Origin: a virus
DNA length: 64,000 bases
Reading direction: 5' to 3' (one strand)
Virus record (IMG/VR): IMGVR_UViG_3300025009_000089
Coordinates: 627-64,626 of that record
Numbering within the stretch: position 1 is the stretch's first letter; each line of letters opens with the position of its first letter. The notes under the pieces are model-generated. The model was not told the origin of the DNA and made no database searches. It saw only the letters and a program-made list of their open reading frames with translations. A program made the translations under genes and the position numbers. Positions 24,688-34,024 of this stretch are shown piece by piece.

Positions 24688-26436
24688 ATGAATCATGAAG
24701 AACTCATAAAAGAAATCTCCCAGGCAAACATGGCTTATGCTTCCGGCATACCATTCATGACAGACAGCGAATATGATCTGTTATGGCAACAGCTTTATGC
24801 TATTGATCCACATAATAATATCCTCTACCATACCGCACAAGGCCGAGCTGCTCTTACTGGCAAAACCTGGCACAAGCATCCAATCTACGGAACAAACAAA
24901 GCATTTAACATGCTTGACCTTAAACCATTCCTTACAAGATTTGGTAGCTATGTTCTTCGGATTGAGCCCAAATACGATGGATGTGCAGCAGTTATAACAC
25001 TCACAGACTCTGGAGTAAACATTACTCTTGAAGGCGACGGTAGATGTGGACGAGACATAACTCATTTAATGCCATACATCACGTTTCCATTTCAGCTGAG
25101 ACATTTTCAACCAGTCGAAATACTTATCCCATTAGCTGATTGGAATCCAGATTATGGAGCAAATCCAAGAAATGTAGTTGCTGGCTGGCTAGATCGCAAA
25201 TATGATAAACCTTCTGCCCTGATGACAGCAATCCCCCATAATCATGGCAACCTATTTGAAGAATATACCTACTCCGGTAGCTTAGAAGCTATGGGAGATT
25301 TTCTACTTGATACATACAATAAATGGTCAAAGATCTATCCGATGGATGGTTTGATGATCAAGGTTGCAGACGAGAAAGTTCGGTTGGTCGCCGGTAATAA
25401 TGGCCAGACCAATAACTGGTCAATCGCTTGGAAACCTCCTATCCAAGTTAAAGAAACAAAAGTTGTTAATATTGAATGGAATATCTCACGACTCGGCAAA
25501 GCAATTCCAACAGTTGTCTATGAACCGATTGAACTTTGTGGCACGACTAATAATCGCGTAACAGGCAATAATGCAAAATGGATTGATGAACGTTGGATTA
25601 TGCCAGGATCAGTCATTTCTGTTGGCAAGGCAGGCGAGATAATTCCAAAAATTTTATCTGTTAAAAACATTGAAAATTATAAAAATTTACTTCCTATTCA
25701 CTGTCCAAAGTGTACTGAAATTCTCCAGTGGGAGGGAGTACATCTTGTTTGTAATGGAGGCAATTGCATAGCTAAACTCATCGTATCAATTGCTTACTTC
25801 TACTCTCAAAAGGGAATAAAAATCGACGGTGTAGGCGAAGGCATTATAGAAAAGCTACTCCAGAGTGAAAAATGTTATTCAGTATTATCAACTAAGCCTT
25901 GGGCACTCTTAGATCCTCTTAGCTACAATCTTGTGCCAGACATTATAAATACAATTGGAGTAACAATTTATAGTAACATCGCTGAACAAGTATTTTCAAT
26001 GAATAATCAATGCACAATGGCCCATTTTGTAGCAGGATTAGGATTGCCCGGACTTGCATATAAGTCCTCTTTGCGGCTTTGCCAATATTTAAAAACCGGT
26101 CAAATTAACATTCACATAACTGATAATGCCAAACGCAGCTTTATTGAAGCAGCTACTATTTATACTGAAGCAATTAAGGAAATGAAAAACTTCTCTTTCG
26201 CCCCATTACCAAGTGAGGCGAAAGCGATTTATTGCATTACCGGATCGTTAAGCCAATCCAGGGAAGTTATGATAGAAATTTTGAACGGTTATGGATATGA
26301 ATTTTCATCTGGAGTAACGAGGGAAACAAATTATTTAGTCGTCGGTATTGATCCAGGCAGAACTAAGATAGAAAAGGCAACTCGTTACAACATACCTCAG
26401 ATAACTGAGGAACAACTTTTTAACCTTTTACGGTGA
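24688..26436 (+). CDS. ligA: NAD-dependent DNA ligase (LigA-like)
   Basis: KYDG adenylation motif, DGLMIK, AWK, OB-fold SRLG...P..VYEP..L.GT, AGEIIP, C4 zinc finger CPKC..C..C, C-terminal BRCT. Confidence 0.9.
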   Translation: MNHEELIKEISQANMAYASGIPFMTDSEYDLLWQQLYAIDPHNNILYHTAQGRAALTGKTWHKHPIYGTNKAFNMLDLKPFLTRFGSYVLRIEPKYDGCAAVITLTDSGVNITLEGDGRCGRDITHLMPYITFPFQLRHFQPVEILIPLADWNPDYGANPRNVVAGWLDRKYDKPSALMTAIPHNHGNLFEEYTYSGSLEAMGDFLLDTYNKWSKIYPMDGLMIKVADEKVRLVAGNNGQTNNWSIAWKPPIQVKETKVVNIEWNISRLGKAIPTVVYEPIELCGTTNNRVTGNNAKWIDERWIMPGSVISVGKAGEIIPKILSVKNIENYKNLLPIHCPKCTEILQWEGVHLVCNGGNCIAKLIVSIAYFYSQKGIKIDGVGEGIIEKLLQSEKCYSVLSTKPWALLDPLSYNLVPDIINTIGVTIYSNIAEQVFSMNNQCTMAHFVAGLGLPGLAYKSSLRLCQYLKTGQINIHITDNAKRSFIEAATIYTEAIKEMKNFSFAPLPSEAKAIYCITGSLSQSREVMIEILNGYGYEFSSGVTRETNYLVVGIDPGRTKIEKATRYNIPQITEEQLFNLLR

Positions 26437-26651
26437 ACAAAATGCTCAAAGAAGAATGTAAAGTAACTGCACGAATAGACAAAGACTTGTACGAACAAGT
26501 CCAGGAACACTTCCATCATGGGCAGCAAACAAAACTGTTCAGGCAAATATTCCTTTCGTTGAAAAGCATCATTAATGGTGGAAAGCTGAATGAAGTTCTT
26601 GATTATATGTACAAGGGAAAGGCATTAACTTTGCCTGGCATTGAGGAATAG
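26433..26651 (+). CDS. Small ribbon-helix-helix-like protein
   Basis: KVTARIDKDLYEQV strand-helix pattern. Confidence 0.45.
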   Translation: MNKMLKEECKVTARIDKDLYEQVQEHFHHGQQTKLFRQIFLSLKSIINGGKLNEVLDYMYKGKALTLPGIEE

Positions 26652-26653
26652 TC

Positions 26654-26980
26654 ATGACCTTTAATGAATATCAAGCCTTGGCAAATTCAACCGACATTTA
26701 TCCACCAGATAAAGCTCTTGATTGCCATATTCTTGGCCTTGCCAATGAGGCTGGTGAAGTAGCAGGCAAGCTCAAAAAGATTTATCGTGACAAAGATGGT
26801 GTTATTTCACCAACTGATGTACTTGAAATATCTAAAGAGCTTGAAGATGTTTTGTGGTATCTATCTTGTACAGCTTACGACCTCGAAATAACACTTGAAG
26901 ATATAGCAATAATGAATATTAACAAACTTGCTGATCGTAAAGAACGCAATAAGCTAGGTGGTTCTGGAGATCATAGATAA
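26654..26980 (+). CDS. mazG: MazG-like NTP pyrophosphohydrolase
   Basis: FNEYQ..A, LGLANEAGEV..KLKK..RD, ELEDVLWY, N..KL..R..R..L.GSGD.R. Confidence 0.85.
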   Translation: MTFNEYQALANSTDIYPPDKALDCHILGLANEAGEVAGKLKKIYRDKDGVISPTDVLEISKELEDVLWYLSCTAYDLEITLEDIAIMNINKLADRKERNKLGGSGDHR

Positions 26981-26992
26981 GGAGATTTCTTT

Positions 26993-27283
26993 ATGCCACT
27001 AATGGATCGTATTTACTGCCGATCATTCTTAGAAATGTCATATCCAGAGCAAGCCAGATTAATTGAACGCGTTCGGACTATGCGAACATCTGCGATGAAT
27101 GCAGCACTTGTTAAGTCTCAGAAGATCACAAAGTCTGCAATGAAGAATATTTCTAAGAACTCTGGAACAAAGCGCGGCAAGAAGATGCTGGCTGATCCTA
27201 CAAAGAATGCAACAGACTTGCTTGGCAAACTTTCAGCAGATCAAATAGAGTTAATCAAAAGGCAGTTTCAAAATTTAAATTAG
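26993..27283 (+). CDS. Hypothetical basic protein
   Basis: TAAGGAG SD; C-terminal LLGKLSADQIELI motif. Confidence 0.65.
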   Translation: MPLMDRIYCRSFLEMSYPEQARLIERVRTMRTSAMNAALVKSQKITKSAMKNISKNSGTKRGKKMLADPTKNATDLLGKLSADQIELIKRQFQNLN

Positions 27284-27292
27284 GTTAAAGCT

Positions 27293-28723
27293 ATGCAATT
27301 ATTTCAGATAGAAGAAAGAAACATTTCCGACATAATCATCAAAGATCGCGCACGATCAGCTGTAGGCGACATCTCCAGTCTAGCCGATTCAATCTCAATG
27401 GTCGGCCAACTTCATGCGATCCTCATAGATTCGAACAATGTCTTAATCGATGGTCTTCATCGTATCGAAGCCTTTAAAAAGCTTGGGCGAGAAACAATTG
27501 AGGTTCGAGTCTTTGACGGCATTACTGAGGATGATCATTTCTTGATCGAACTTCTTAGTAATATGGACCGTAAGGAATTTCTATGGCATGAGGAAATAGA
27601 CCTCAAGTATAAGCTGCATAACTATTGGGTAGATGCTGCAGGCAAGGAAGGCAAATCTTGGGGCTATCGCGAAACTGCCAAACGGCTCAAATGCAGTCTC
27701 GGAGGTCTATCTACTGACCTTGCCTTCGCAGAAGCTCTTAAAGTCTTTCCGATCCTTAAAGAACAGTCTACTAAAGGTCGAGCTAAAGAAGCATACAAAG
27801 CTCTTGGTGAGCAAGCTAAGGCGCTTCAGCGAATGGGAAGCTTTACCGATGCTGAAAAAGGGCGTTTAGTTGCGTTACAGAACGGAACCATGACAGCCCC
27901 AATAAAAAATACTGTAACTCAAAATGTATTTGAGAAAACCAAGCAAGCTAAGGAAAGACTTACCGAGTTTGACGAAGATGATGAAGATCTTAACGATGAA
28001 CAAGAACCAATCAGATCTAACATCCAAGTAATTTATGTAGCCGAAAACTACAAGACTTTTCTCGATAAGATTCCAAGCAATTCTGTAGGAATGGTAGAAC
28101 TTGATCCACCATATGCAATTGATTTCAATGACAACTATGGCAAGACAAACAAGATCGAATGTAAAGCCCAAGATTGGGATGAAAAAGAACTTTATGACTT
28201 CTACTTCAATTATCTCCCGTTAGTCTATGAGAAAATGCTTGACTGTAGTTGGGCTTTAGTCTGGACAGGCAAAGAACATTTTATTCAGATCAACAATATT
28301 GCAAGGGAAATCGGATTTGGTGTTCAGTCTCCTGGATCATGGAACAAAGTTGGTGGCAGTACCAATAAGCCGAAGACAAATATGGTGAGCAATTGGGAAA
28401 TGTTCCTCTTGCTGCGTAAGGGAAATGCACAGTTCAATACTCCTAGCTTATCATCTTCAATTAACATAAGTACAGTCAGCTCAAGTCAACGCATCCATCA
28501 ATGGGAAAAGCCTATAGAGCTTTATGATCATTTCTTAAAAGCATTAGGTAAACCTGGAACTTTATTTATGAGCCTGTTTGCTGGTTCTGGCAATTGCTTG
28601 ATTAGTGCAGCCAAAGAAAAAATGATGCCCGTTGGATGTGATAAGAGCCAGAAATATATTCCAGAATTTTACCAGAGGCTTGAGAATTATCTGGGAATAA
28701 CTGCTGACGTAGAGGGACTTTAA
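27293..28723 (+). CDS. ParB-like domain plus HTH fused to an amino-DNA methyltransferase
   Basis: N-terminal LIDGLHRIEAFKKLG; HTH YRETAKRLKCSLG; C-terminal DPPY, H..EKP and FAGSG (beta-class motif order). Confidence 0.8.
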   Translation: MQLFQIEERNISDIIIKDRARSAVGDISSLADSISMVGQLHAILIDSNNVLIDGLHRIEAFKKLGRETIEVRVFDGITEDDHFLIELLSNMDRKEFLWHEEIDLKYKLHNYWVDAAGKEGKSWGYRETAKRLKCSLGGLSTDLAFAEALKVFPILKEQSTKGRAKEAYKALGEQAKALQRMGSFTDAEKGRLVALQNGTMTAPIKNTVTQNVFEKTKQAKERLTEFDEDDEDLNDEQEPIRSNIQVIYVAENYKTFLDKIPSNSVGMVELDPPYAIDFNDNYGKTNKIECKAQDWDEKELYDFYFNYLPLVYEKMLDCSWALVWTGKEHFIQINNIAREIGFGVQSPGSWNKVGGSTNKPKTNMVSNWEMFLLLRKGNAQFNTPSLSSSINISTVSSSQRIHQWEKPIELYDHFLKALGKPGTLFMSLFAGSGNCLISAAKEKMMPVGCDKSQKYIPEFYQRLENYLGITADVEGL

Positions 28724-28725
28724 CT

Positions 28726-28899
28726 ATGCTCTCTAAAGATGATAAAGATTGGCTTGAAAATAAATGTGGTAAAGTTGATAGACCATTACTTTATGCAATG
28801 CTTATAATTATATTAATTAGCTCTTTTGATAATTTTGAGAGTGTAATAATTAAAATAATAAATAATATGAAACCTCCAATAACAATGGAAATAAAGTAA
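28726..28899 (+). CDS. Small membrane protein (57 aa)
   Basis: Hand translation; LLYAMLIIILISSF; TAATG overlap with the next ORF. Confidence 0.45.
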   Translation: MLSKDDKDWLENKCGKVDRPLLYAMLIIILISSFDNFESVIIKIINNMKPPITMEIK

Positions 28900-29168
28900 T
28901 GACTAAGTATAAAGTAGGCCAACTATCTGAACAGAAAGCTCCCATCACGCCTGGTTCCAACTGTTGCCTACACAAAAACATCGTGCCACTCGAAATAGGT
29001 TTTGCCTCCAAGAGCTGGCCGAACGGCTATAAAAATGAGCCAAACTATAACTTTGCTATCAATATCATCAGCGCAAATGTTATCCGGGTTCGTTCTTATC
29101 TTTGCTTAGATTGCAAACAGGAAATTAAAGCTCCGAACCCAGGAGCATTGACTAAAGATAGGATATAA
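28899..29168 (+). CDS. Hypothetical protein
   Basis: ORF track; CCLH...CLDC. Confidence 0.6.
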   Translation: MTKYKVGQLSEQKAPITPGSNCCLHKNIVPLEIGFASKSWPNGYKNEPNYNFAINIISANVIRVRSYLCLDCKQEIKAPNPGALTKDRI

Positions 29169-29171
29169 AAA

Positions 29172-29348
29172 ATGAAATTAAGAATTTTAAGAAAATATTC
29201 TAAACAATTAGATTGTCATCTTATGGATGTTAGGTATGGTGGACCAAATCCAATGAAAATAGTAAATTATGATACATTACAATATTTTAATGAAGCAACT
29301 TCTGAATGGATAGATGTTCCTATAATAGAAGAAAAAGAATTAAATTAA
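29172..29348 (+). CDS. Hypothetical protein (58 aa)
   Basis: Hand translation ending LQY......EW.DVP. Confidence 0.45.
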   Translation: MKLRILRKYSKQLDCHLMDVRYGGPNPMKIVNYDTLQYFNEATSEWIDVPIIEEKELN

Positions 29349-29360
29349 AAGGAACTAGCA

Positions 29361-31883
29361 ATGATAATTCCTAGCATATCAACTACAGCAACTCCGCAGA
29401 AAGAAGGTTCTTTCGATTGCTTGGCTGTAGAGTGCGCTCCAACTGACAACATACTTACGGCTGAAATCGCAATGGTTGGCGAAGCTCCAGGCGAAATAGA
29501 AGTCCTGAAGAATGAACCTTTCGTAGGTCCGACAGGATCTCAGCTTAATCGCATCTGTGCAGCAGTCAGACTCGCAAGATATAAAATCTATCTCACTAAT
29601 GCTTGCAAAGCTAAGTTACCTAAAAACAATACTGCTGTATTATGGACTGATAAAGGCTACCGCCATCCAGACTGGAGCAAATTGCAAGCTGCCCTAATCG
29701 ATGAACTTGCTCAATTTCCAGGCAAAGTAATAATGTTACTCGGCGCTACTCCAATGAGATTATTGTTGGACGAGCCTAAGTTCGATTCAATCACAAAATA
29801 TCGCGGTTCTTTCTACCATGCTGAAGACTTCCCACATTTGAAAGACAAACTTGCAGGTAAGATAATCGGTTTGTCTTATCATCCATCTTTCACCCTCCCA
29901 TACGGTCAGCCTATCCACTTCTACACGATGATCGCAGACTTTACAAAGGCCCTGCGAATCATTGAAGATCCAGAATTGCTTGTTGACAATGTGGAAATAA
30001 AAATCAAGCCTAGCTTTGAAGAAATCATGCAGTTCTACGCCTTGATTAAGACAAAGGAATATGTAGCATTTGACATCGAGGCTACGCCAGAATTTATTAC
30101 CTGTTACTCATTGGCAGTCTATCACGATAACAAGATTCTCTCCATGTCTGTTCCTCTAATGAACAACCAAGGCAACTATTGGGCAACAGCAGAAGAGATA
30201 AAAATCTGGATTGGACTAGCTGAAATACTTAACAACGAAGCTATCGGCAAGATTTGTCAAAATGGAATGTTCGACATCATGTTTACTTTTCGTACCATGA
30301 TGATTAAAACAGATAACTTTTATTTTGATACAATGCTTGCGCAACACATATGCTATACAGAACTTCCAAAGGGACTTGATTATTTAACTTCAACATACAC
30401 CTACTATCCATATTACAAAGATGAAGGTAAGCAATCACATCTTAAGGCTATCAAAAACTGGCCACAATACTGGACTTATAATGCCAAAGACTCAGCCTAC
30501 TTATTGCCAATAACTGAAAAGCTCCTTGAAGAGTTGGGTGAATTCGATTCTATGGACGCTATGGATTATACAATGAACCTCCATAAGCCTCTTATGGAAA
30601 TGGAATTCAATGGCATCCTGACTGATACAGACGGAATCGAGAAGATCAAATCTGATTATGAAGTCAAACTGATTGAGCTTCAAGCAGAGTTGAATAAGCT
30701 CGCAGGTAAGGAGATTAATCCAGGTTCAGCGAAACAAATGGTTGCATACTTCTATGGCACTTGTATGATCAAGCCATATGTGAATCGCAAAACTGGATCA
30801 GTCACATGCGATACTGTAGCCCTCCACAGAATTGCAAAGAAAGATATTAAAGGATCTGAAGAAGCTAGAATCATCATAAAGATTCGTAAGTATCAAAAGA
30901 TGGTATCTACATACTTTAATATCCAGGTCGATGATGATAAGCGTCTCCGATGTAACCATAAAATCTCTGGAACAGTCTCAGGCAGGATTGCTACTGAAAA
31001 GACTTATTTTGGTACCGGGTCAAACTTGCAGAATCAGCCGTATGTTTTCAAATATTATCTCATTGCTGATGAAGATTGGATTCTCTGCGAATGTGATCTT
31101 GCAAAGGCTGAAGCTCATGTAGTTGCATACCTAACTCAAGATGCCAACATGATTCAGTCGTTTGAATCAGGAATTGATGTGCATAGTTTTAATGCAAGCA
31201 AGATATTTAATGTTCCGATTGAAGAAGTAATTCATGAGGCGAAGACTAAAAAGGCTGATCAGAAATCTACTATGCGTTACATGGGCAAGAAAGTAGTCCA
31301 CGCATCCAATTATGCAATGGGGCCACAGACATTCTCTGACAACCTTGCAGCTGAGGAAATTTTCAAATCTCAATCAGAATGTAAGCGATTGCTTGATAGT
31401 TATTCTGACCGCTTTCCTGGGCTGAAACGCTGGCATAGATCAATCGAAGAAGAGGTTCAAAAGAATCGTGTTCTCTACAACTTGTTCGGCCGGCCTCGTA
31501 GGTTCTTAGGTGAAATGAATGCAGCATTATTCAGGAATGCTTATAGCTATAAACCTCAATCAACAGTAGCAGAATTGTTAAATCGTGGAATGATAAAAGT
31601 AGTAAATGATCCCAGGCTAGGCAAAGATGGATTCGACATTCGCTGCATGACAACTGTTCATGATTCGTTCGTGTTTCGGTTTCACAAAAGCCAAATTTCA
31701 AACCTGCCTCAGATTCTTCTTATCATTAAAGATCATCTAACACACACATTTACTTACAAAGGTAAAAGTTTCACCATCGGTTTGGATGCTAAGATCGGTA
31801 CCCAATGGGCTGGTAACACGGCTGAAATCAGTAAGTTTACTCAAGAAGAATGTGATAAAGCTATTGAGAAGATAGGTTTTTAA
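29361..31883 (+). CDS. polA: Family A DNA polymerase with N-terminal family-4-like uracil-DNA glycosylase domain and 3'-5' exonuclease
   Basis: UDG: VGEAPG..E....PFVG..G..L, TNACK, LLGA, YHPS. Exonuclease: FDIE, NGMFD, FDTML, YNAKD. Polymerase motifs A CDLAKAE, B R...K...H...Y, C VHDS. Confidence 0.92.
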   Translation: MIIPSISTTATPQKEGSFDCLAVECAPTDNILTAEIAMVGEAPGEIEVLKNEPFVGPTGSQLNRICAAVRLARYKIYLTNACKAKLPKNNTAVLWTDKGYRHPDWSKLQAALIDELAQFPGKVIMLLGATPMRLLLDEPKFDSITKYRGSFYHAEDFPHLKDKLAGKIIGLSYHPSFTLPYGQPIHFYTMIADFTKALRIIEDPELLVDNVEIKIKPSFEEIMQFYALIKTKEYVAFDIEATPEFITCYSLAVYHDNKILSMSVPLMNNQGNYWATAEEIKIWIGLAEILNNEAIGKICQNGMFDIMFTFRTMMIKTDNFYFDTMLAQHICYTELPKGLDYLTSTYTYYPYYKDEGKQSHLKAIKNWPQYWTYNAKDSAYLLPITEKLLEELGEFDSMDAMDYTMNLHKPLMEMEFNGILTDTDGIEKIKSDYEVKLIELQAELNKLAGKEINPGSAKQMVAYFYGTCMIKPYVNRKTGSVTCDTVALHRIAKKDIKGSEEARIIIKIRKYQKMVSTYFNIQVDDDKRLRCNHKISGTVSGRIATEKTYFGTGSNLQNQPYVFKYYLIADEDWILCECDLAKAEAHVVAYLTQDANMIQSFESGIDVHSFNASKIFNVPIEEVIHEAKTKKADQKSTMRYMGKKVVHASNYAMGPQTFSDNLAAEEIFKSQSECKRLLDSYSDRFPGLKRWHRSIEEEVQKNRVLYNLFGRPRRFLGEMNAALFRNAYSYKPQSTVAELLNRGMIKVVNDPRLGKDGFDIRCMTTVHDSFVFRFHKSQISNLPQILLIIKDHLTHTFTYKGKSFTIGLDAKIGTQWAGNTAEISKFTQEECDKAIEKIGF

Positions 31884-31948
31884 TTAAGAGATAATAAAAT
31901 GGGAAAGCCCATTCAACCATCGTATGTTGCTATTCAAGGAACCTTTTC

Positions 31949-33220
31949 ATGTCGAGGCAATTAGATAATTGGTTATCACACTACATGAAGTACACACAGC
32001 GAACAGAGCCACCAGAACTTTATCATCTTTGGAGCGGACTAACTGCTATTAGCTCTGCCTTGCGAAGAAAGTGCTATTGTAACTGGGGAGCACTTCGTGG
32101 TCATGTTTATCCAAACTTATTCGTTTCCCTAGTCGGACCTCCAGGCGGACGGAAAGGCACAGCCATGAAAATTGCAAAGAGCTTTGTTCAGAAACTAGAC
32201 GTTAATATCGGAGCAGATTCGCTAGGCTCCACCCAGGCGTTGTATAAAGAACTCATGGACAGCGAAGATACTTATGTTGACCATGCTGGATTTACTCGCA
32301 AACATAAGAGCGTATCAATCTGGTCAGAAGAATTTCAAGTCTTTTTGAACGACAGAGACCAAATGCTTCTCGCATCCCTGACTGACCTGTTTGATTGTGC
32401 AGATACTTGGAAGTATAAAACCTTAGCCAGGAAGACTGAAGACATATCCAATTGTTGGCTAACGCTTTTTGGTTGCATAACTCCTAGTCTTTTGCAATCT
32501 AAGCTGAGTCAAGACGCAGTTGGTGGTGGATTGATCTCTCGAATCATTTTCGTAGTTGGCCAAGGCCCCAAGCAAAGAAGAGCCTTGCAGTTCTTGACTG
32601 AAGAAGAAGAAAGTACACAGAAAATGTTAGAAAACGACTTACAAGAAATTGCAAACCTATCAGGACAGTTCACCCTCAGTAAGGATTTTCTCAAAACTTA
32701 TGTTCGTTGGTATGAGCAAGATTATGACGAGTCAGGTGTGCCAAGCGAGAGGTTTCTTGGCTATAATCATAGAAGACCGCTTCATTTGAATAAGGTCTGT
32801 ATGCTTGTATGTGCTGCCGAGTCTGACAACATGATCATTACGGCTGAACATTTCGAGCAAGCACTAGCAATAATGCAAGCAACAGAACTTGAGATGCCAA
32901 ACGCTTTTTATGGACTTGGTTTGTCCAGTCAGGCTAACATCTATGCAAAGATACTTTCATTCATTGATAGTCACGAATCTTTTGAATGGACAGAACTGGT
33001 TAGAAACTTTCACCTAGATGTAGATAACATACCTCAGCTACGAGGCTATGTTGAAATGGCTGAACAATCGGGGATACTCAAAGCCGAGAATTCTGCTACT
33101 ACTTGTATGTATACTACCATTCGGAAGAAACAAAAGCTTCGTGATCCAACGTATCTTGATAGAACAATATTTAGATTGATGGACAGGAATGTTATTAAAA
33201 ATCAAATGGAGAAAAACTAA
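31949..33220 (+). CDS. DUF3987 (YfjI-like) P-loop protein, putative replicative helicase-like ATPase
   Basis: EPP..YHLW..L..IS.AL.RK, NLFV.LVGPPGG.RKGTA, SEEF, GCITP, GL.SR..FV. Confidence 0.7.
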   Translation: MSRQLDNWLSHYMKYTQRTEPPELYHLWSGLTAISSALRRKCYCNWGALRGHVYPNLFVSLVGPPGGRKGTAMKIAKSFVQKLDVNIGADSLGSTQALYKELMDSEDTYVDHAGFTRKHKSVSIWSEEFQVFLNDRDQMLLASLTDLFDCADTWKYKTLARKTEDISNCWLTLFGCITPSLLQSKLSQDAVGGGLISRIIFVVGQGPKQRRALQFLTEEEESTQKMLENDLQEIANLSGQFTLSKDFLKTYVRWYEQDYDESGVPSERFLGYNHRRPLHLNKVCMLVCAAESDNMIITAEHFEQALAIMQATELEMPNAFYGLGLSSQANIYAKILSFIDSHESFEWTELVRNFHLDVDNIPQLRGYVEMAEQSGILKAENSATTCMYTTIRKKQKLRDPTYLDRTIFRLMDRNVIKNQMEKN

Positions 33221-33844
33221 ATGACACCAGCTACTAAAGTACTATTCTTTGACACTGAAACAAGTGACTTCATTAAAAAAGCTCTGCCTGCCAACGATCC
33301 AGAACAGGCCTGGACAGTACAAATCGGAGCAATTCTTGCCAGCCAAGAAGAAGAATTTGATCAAATGAATGTCATCATCAAAAGTAATGGCCGGTCAATG
33401 AATTATTATGCCCAAGAAGTGCATGGCATCACCATTGAGCGAGCAGACCAAGAAGGGATAGACGAACTAATTGCTGCTGAACAGTTTGGTTTAATGCTTC
33501 GACAGGCAGACTTGGTCGTATGCCATAACTTTGAATTTGATTGGAACTACGTTTATCAGATGATGGAACGCAACTTTGAAGAGCTATCAGATCTGGCGAG
33601 AAGTGCCTTCTATCTTGACCTTCCAAATCATTGTACCATGCGCGATAAGAATGTCGTCAAAATGTGTGGCTTGAAAAACAAGGCTGGCAGACCAAAATGG
33701 CCAAAGCTAACCGAGTTGCATGAGCACTTATTTGGTGAATGCTTCGATGGAGCGCATGATGCTTATGCAGATATCAGCGCAACTAAAAGATGCTTTTTTG
33801 AATTGGTGACTAGAGGAATTGTTATTCCGAACTTAGAGGATTGA
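33221..33844 (+). CDS. DEDDh 3'-5' exonuclease (DnaQ-like)
   Basis: FFDTET, VCHNFEFD, AHDA.AD...T. Confidence 0.88.
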   Translation: MTPATKVLFFDTETSDFIKKALPANDPEQAWTVQIGAILASQEEEFDQMNVIIKSNGRSMNYYAQEVHGITIERADQEGIDELIAAEQFGLMLRQADLVVCHNFEFDWNYVYQMMERNFEELSDLARSAFYLDLPNHCTMRDKNVVKMCGLKNKAGRPKWPKLTELHEHLFGECFDGAHDAYADISATKRCFFELVTRGIVIPNLED

Positions 33845-33845
33845 A

Positions 33846-34022
33846 ATGATTATGGATAAAAATATAATGTTATCTTACTTGAGAAACCCATACGGTATTG
33901 ATGAACTTGAATTACGTACAGCAAGGTTACAAGCTGCCAACGAGCTTGAAAGGCTTTATAAGATTGAAAAAGGATTGAAAGATATTGTATCAAAAATAGA
34001 AAAACATAATAATGGAGCTTAA
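33846..34022 (+). CDS. Hypothetical protein (58 aa)
   Basis: Hand translation; GAGG SD. Confidence 0.45.
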   Translation: MIMDKNIMLSYLRNPYGIDELELRTARLQAANELERLYKIEKGLKDIVSKIEKHNNGA

Positions 34023-34024
34023 CT

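Noticed and set aside
27293-28723. Plasmid-prophage partition system
   Set aside because: No ParA/Walker-A partner or parS array is seen; the ParB-like domain is fused to a methyltransferase.
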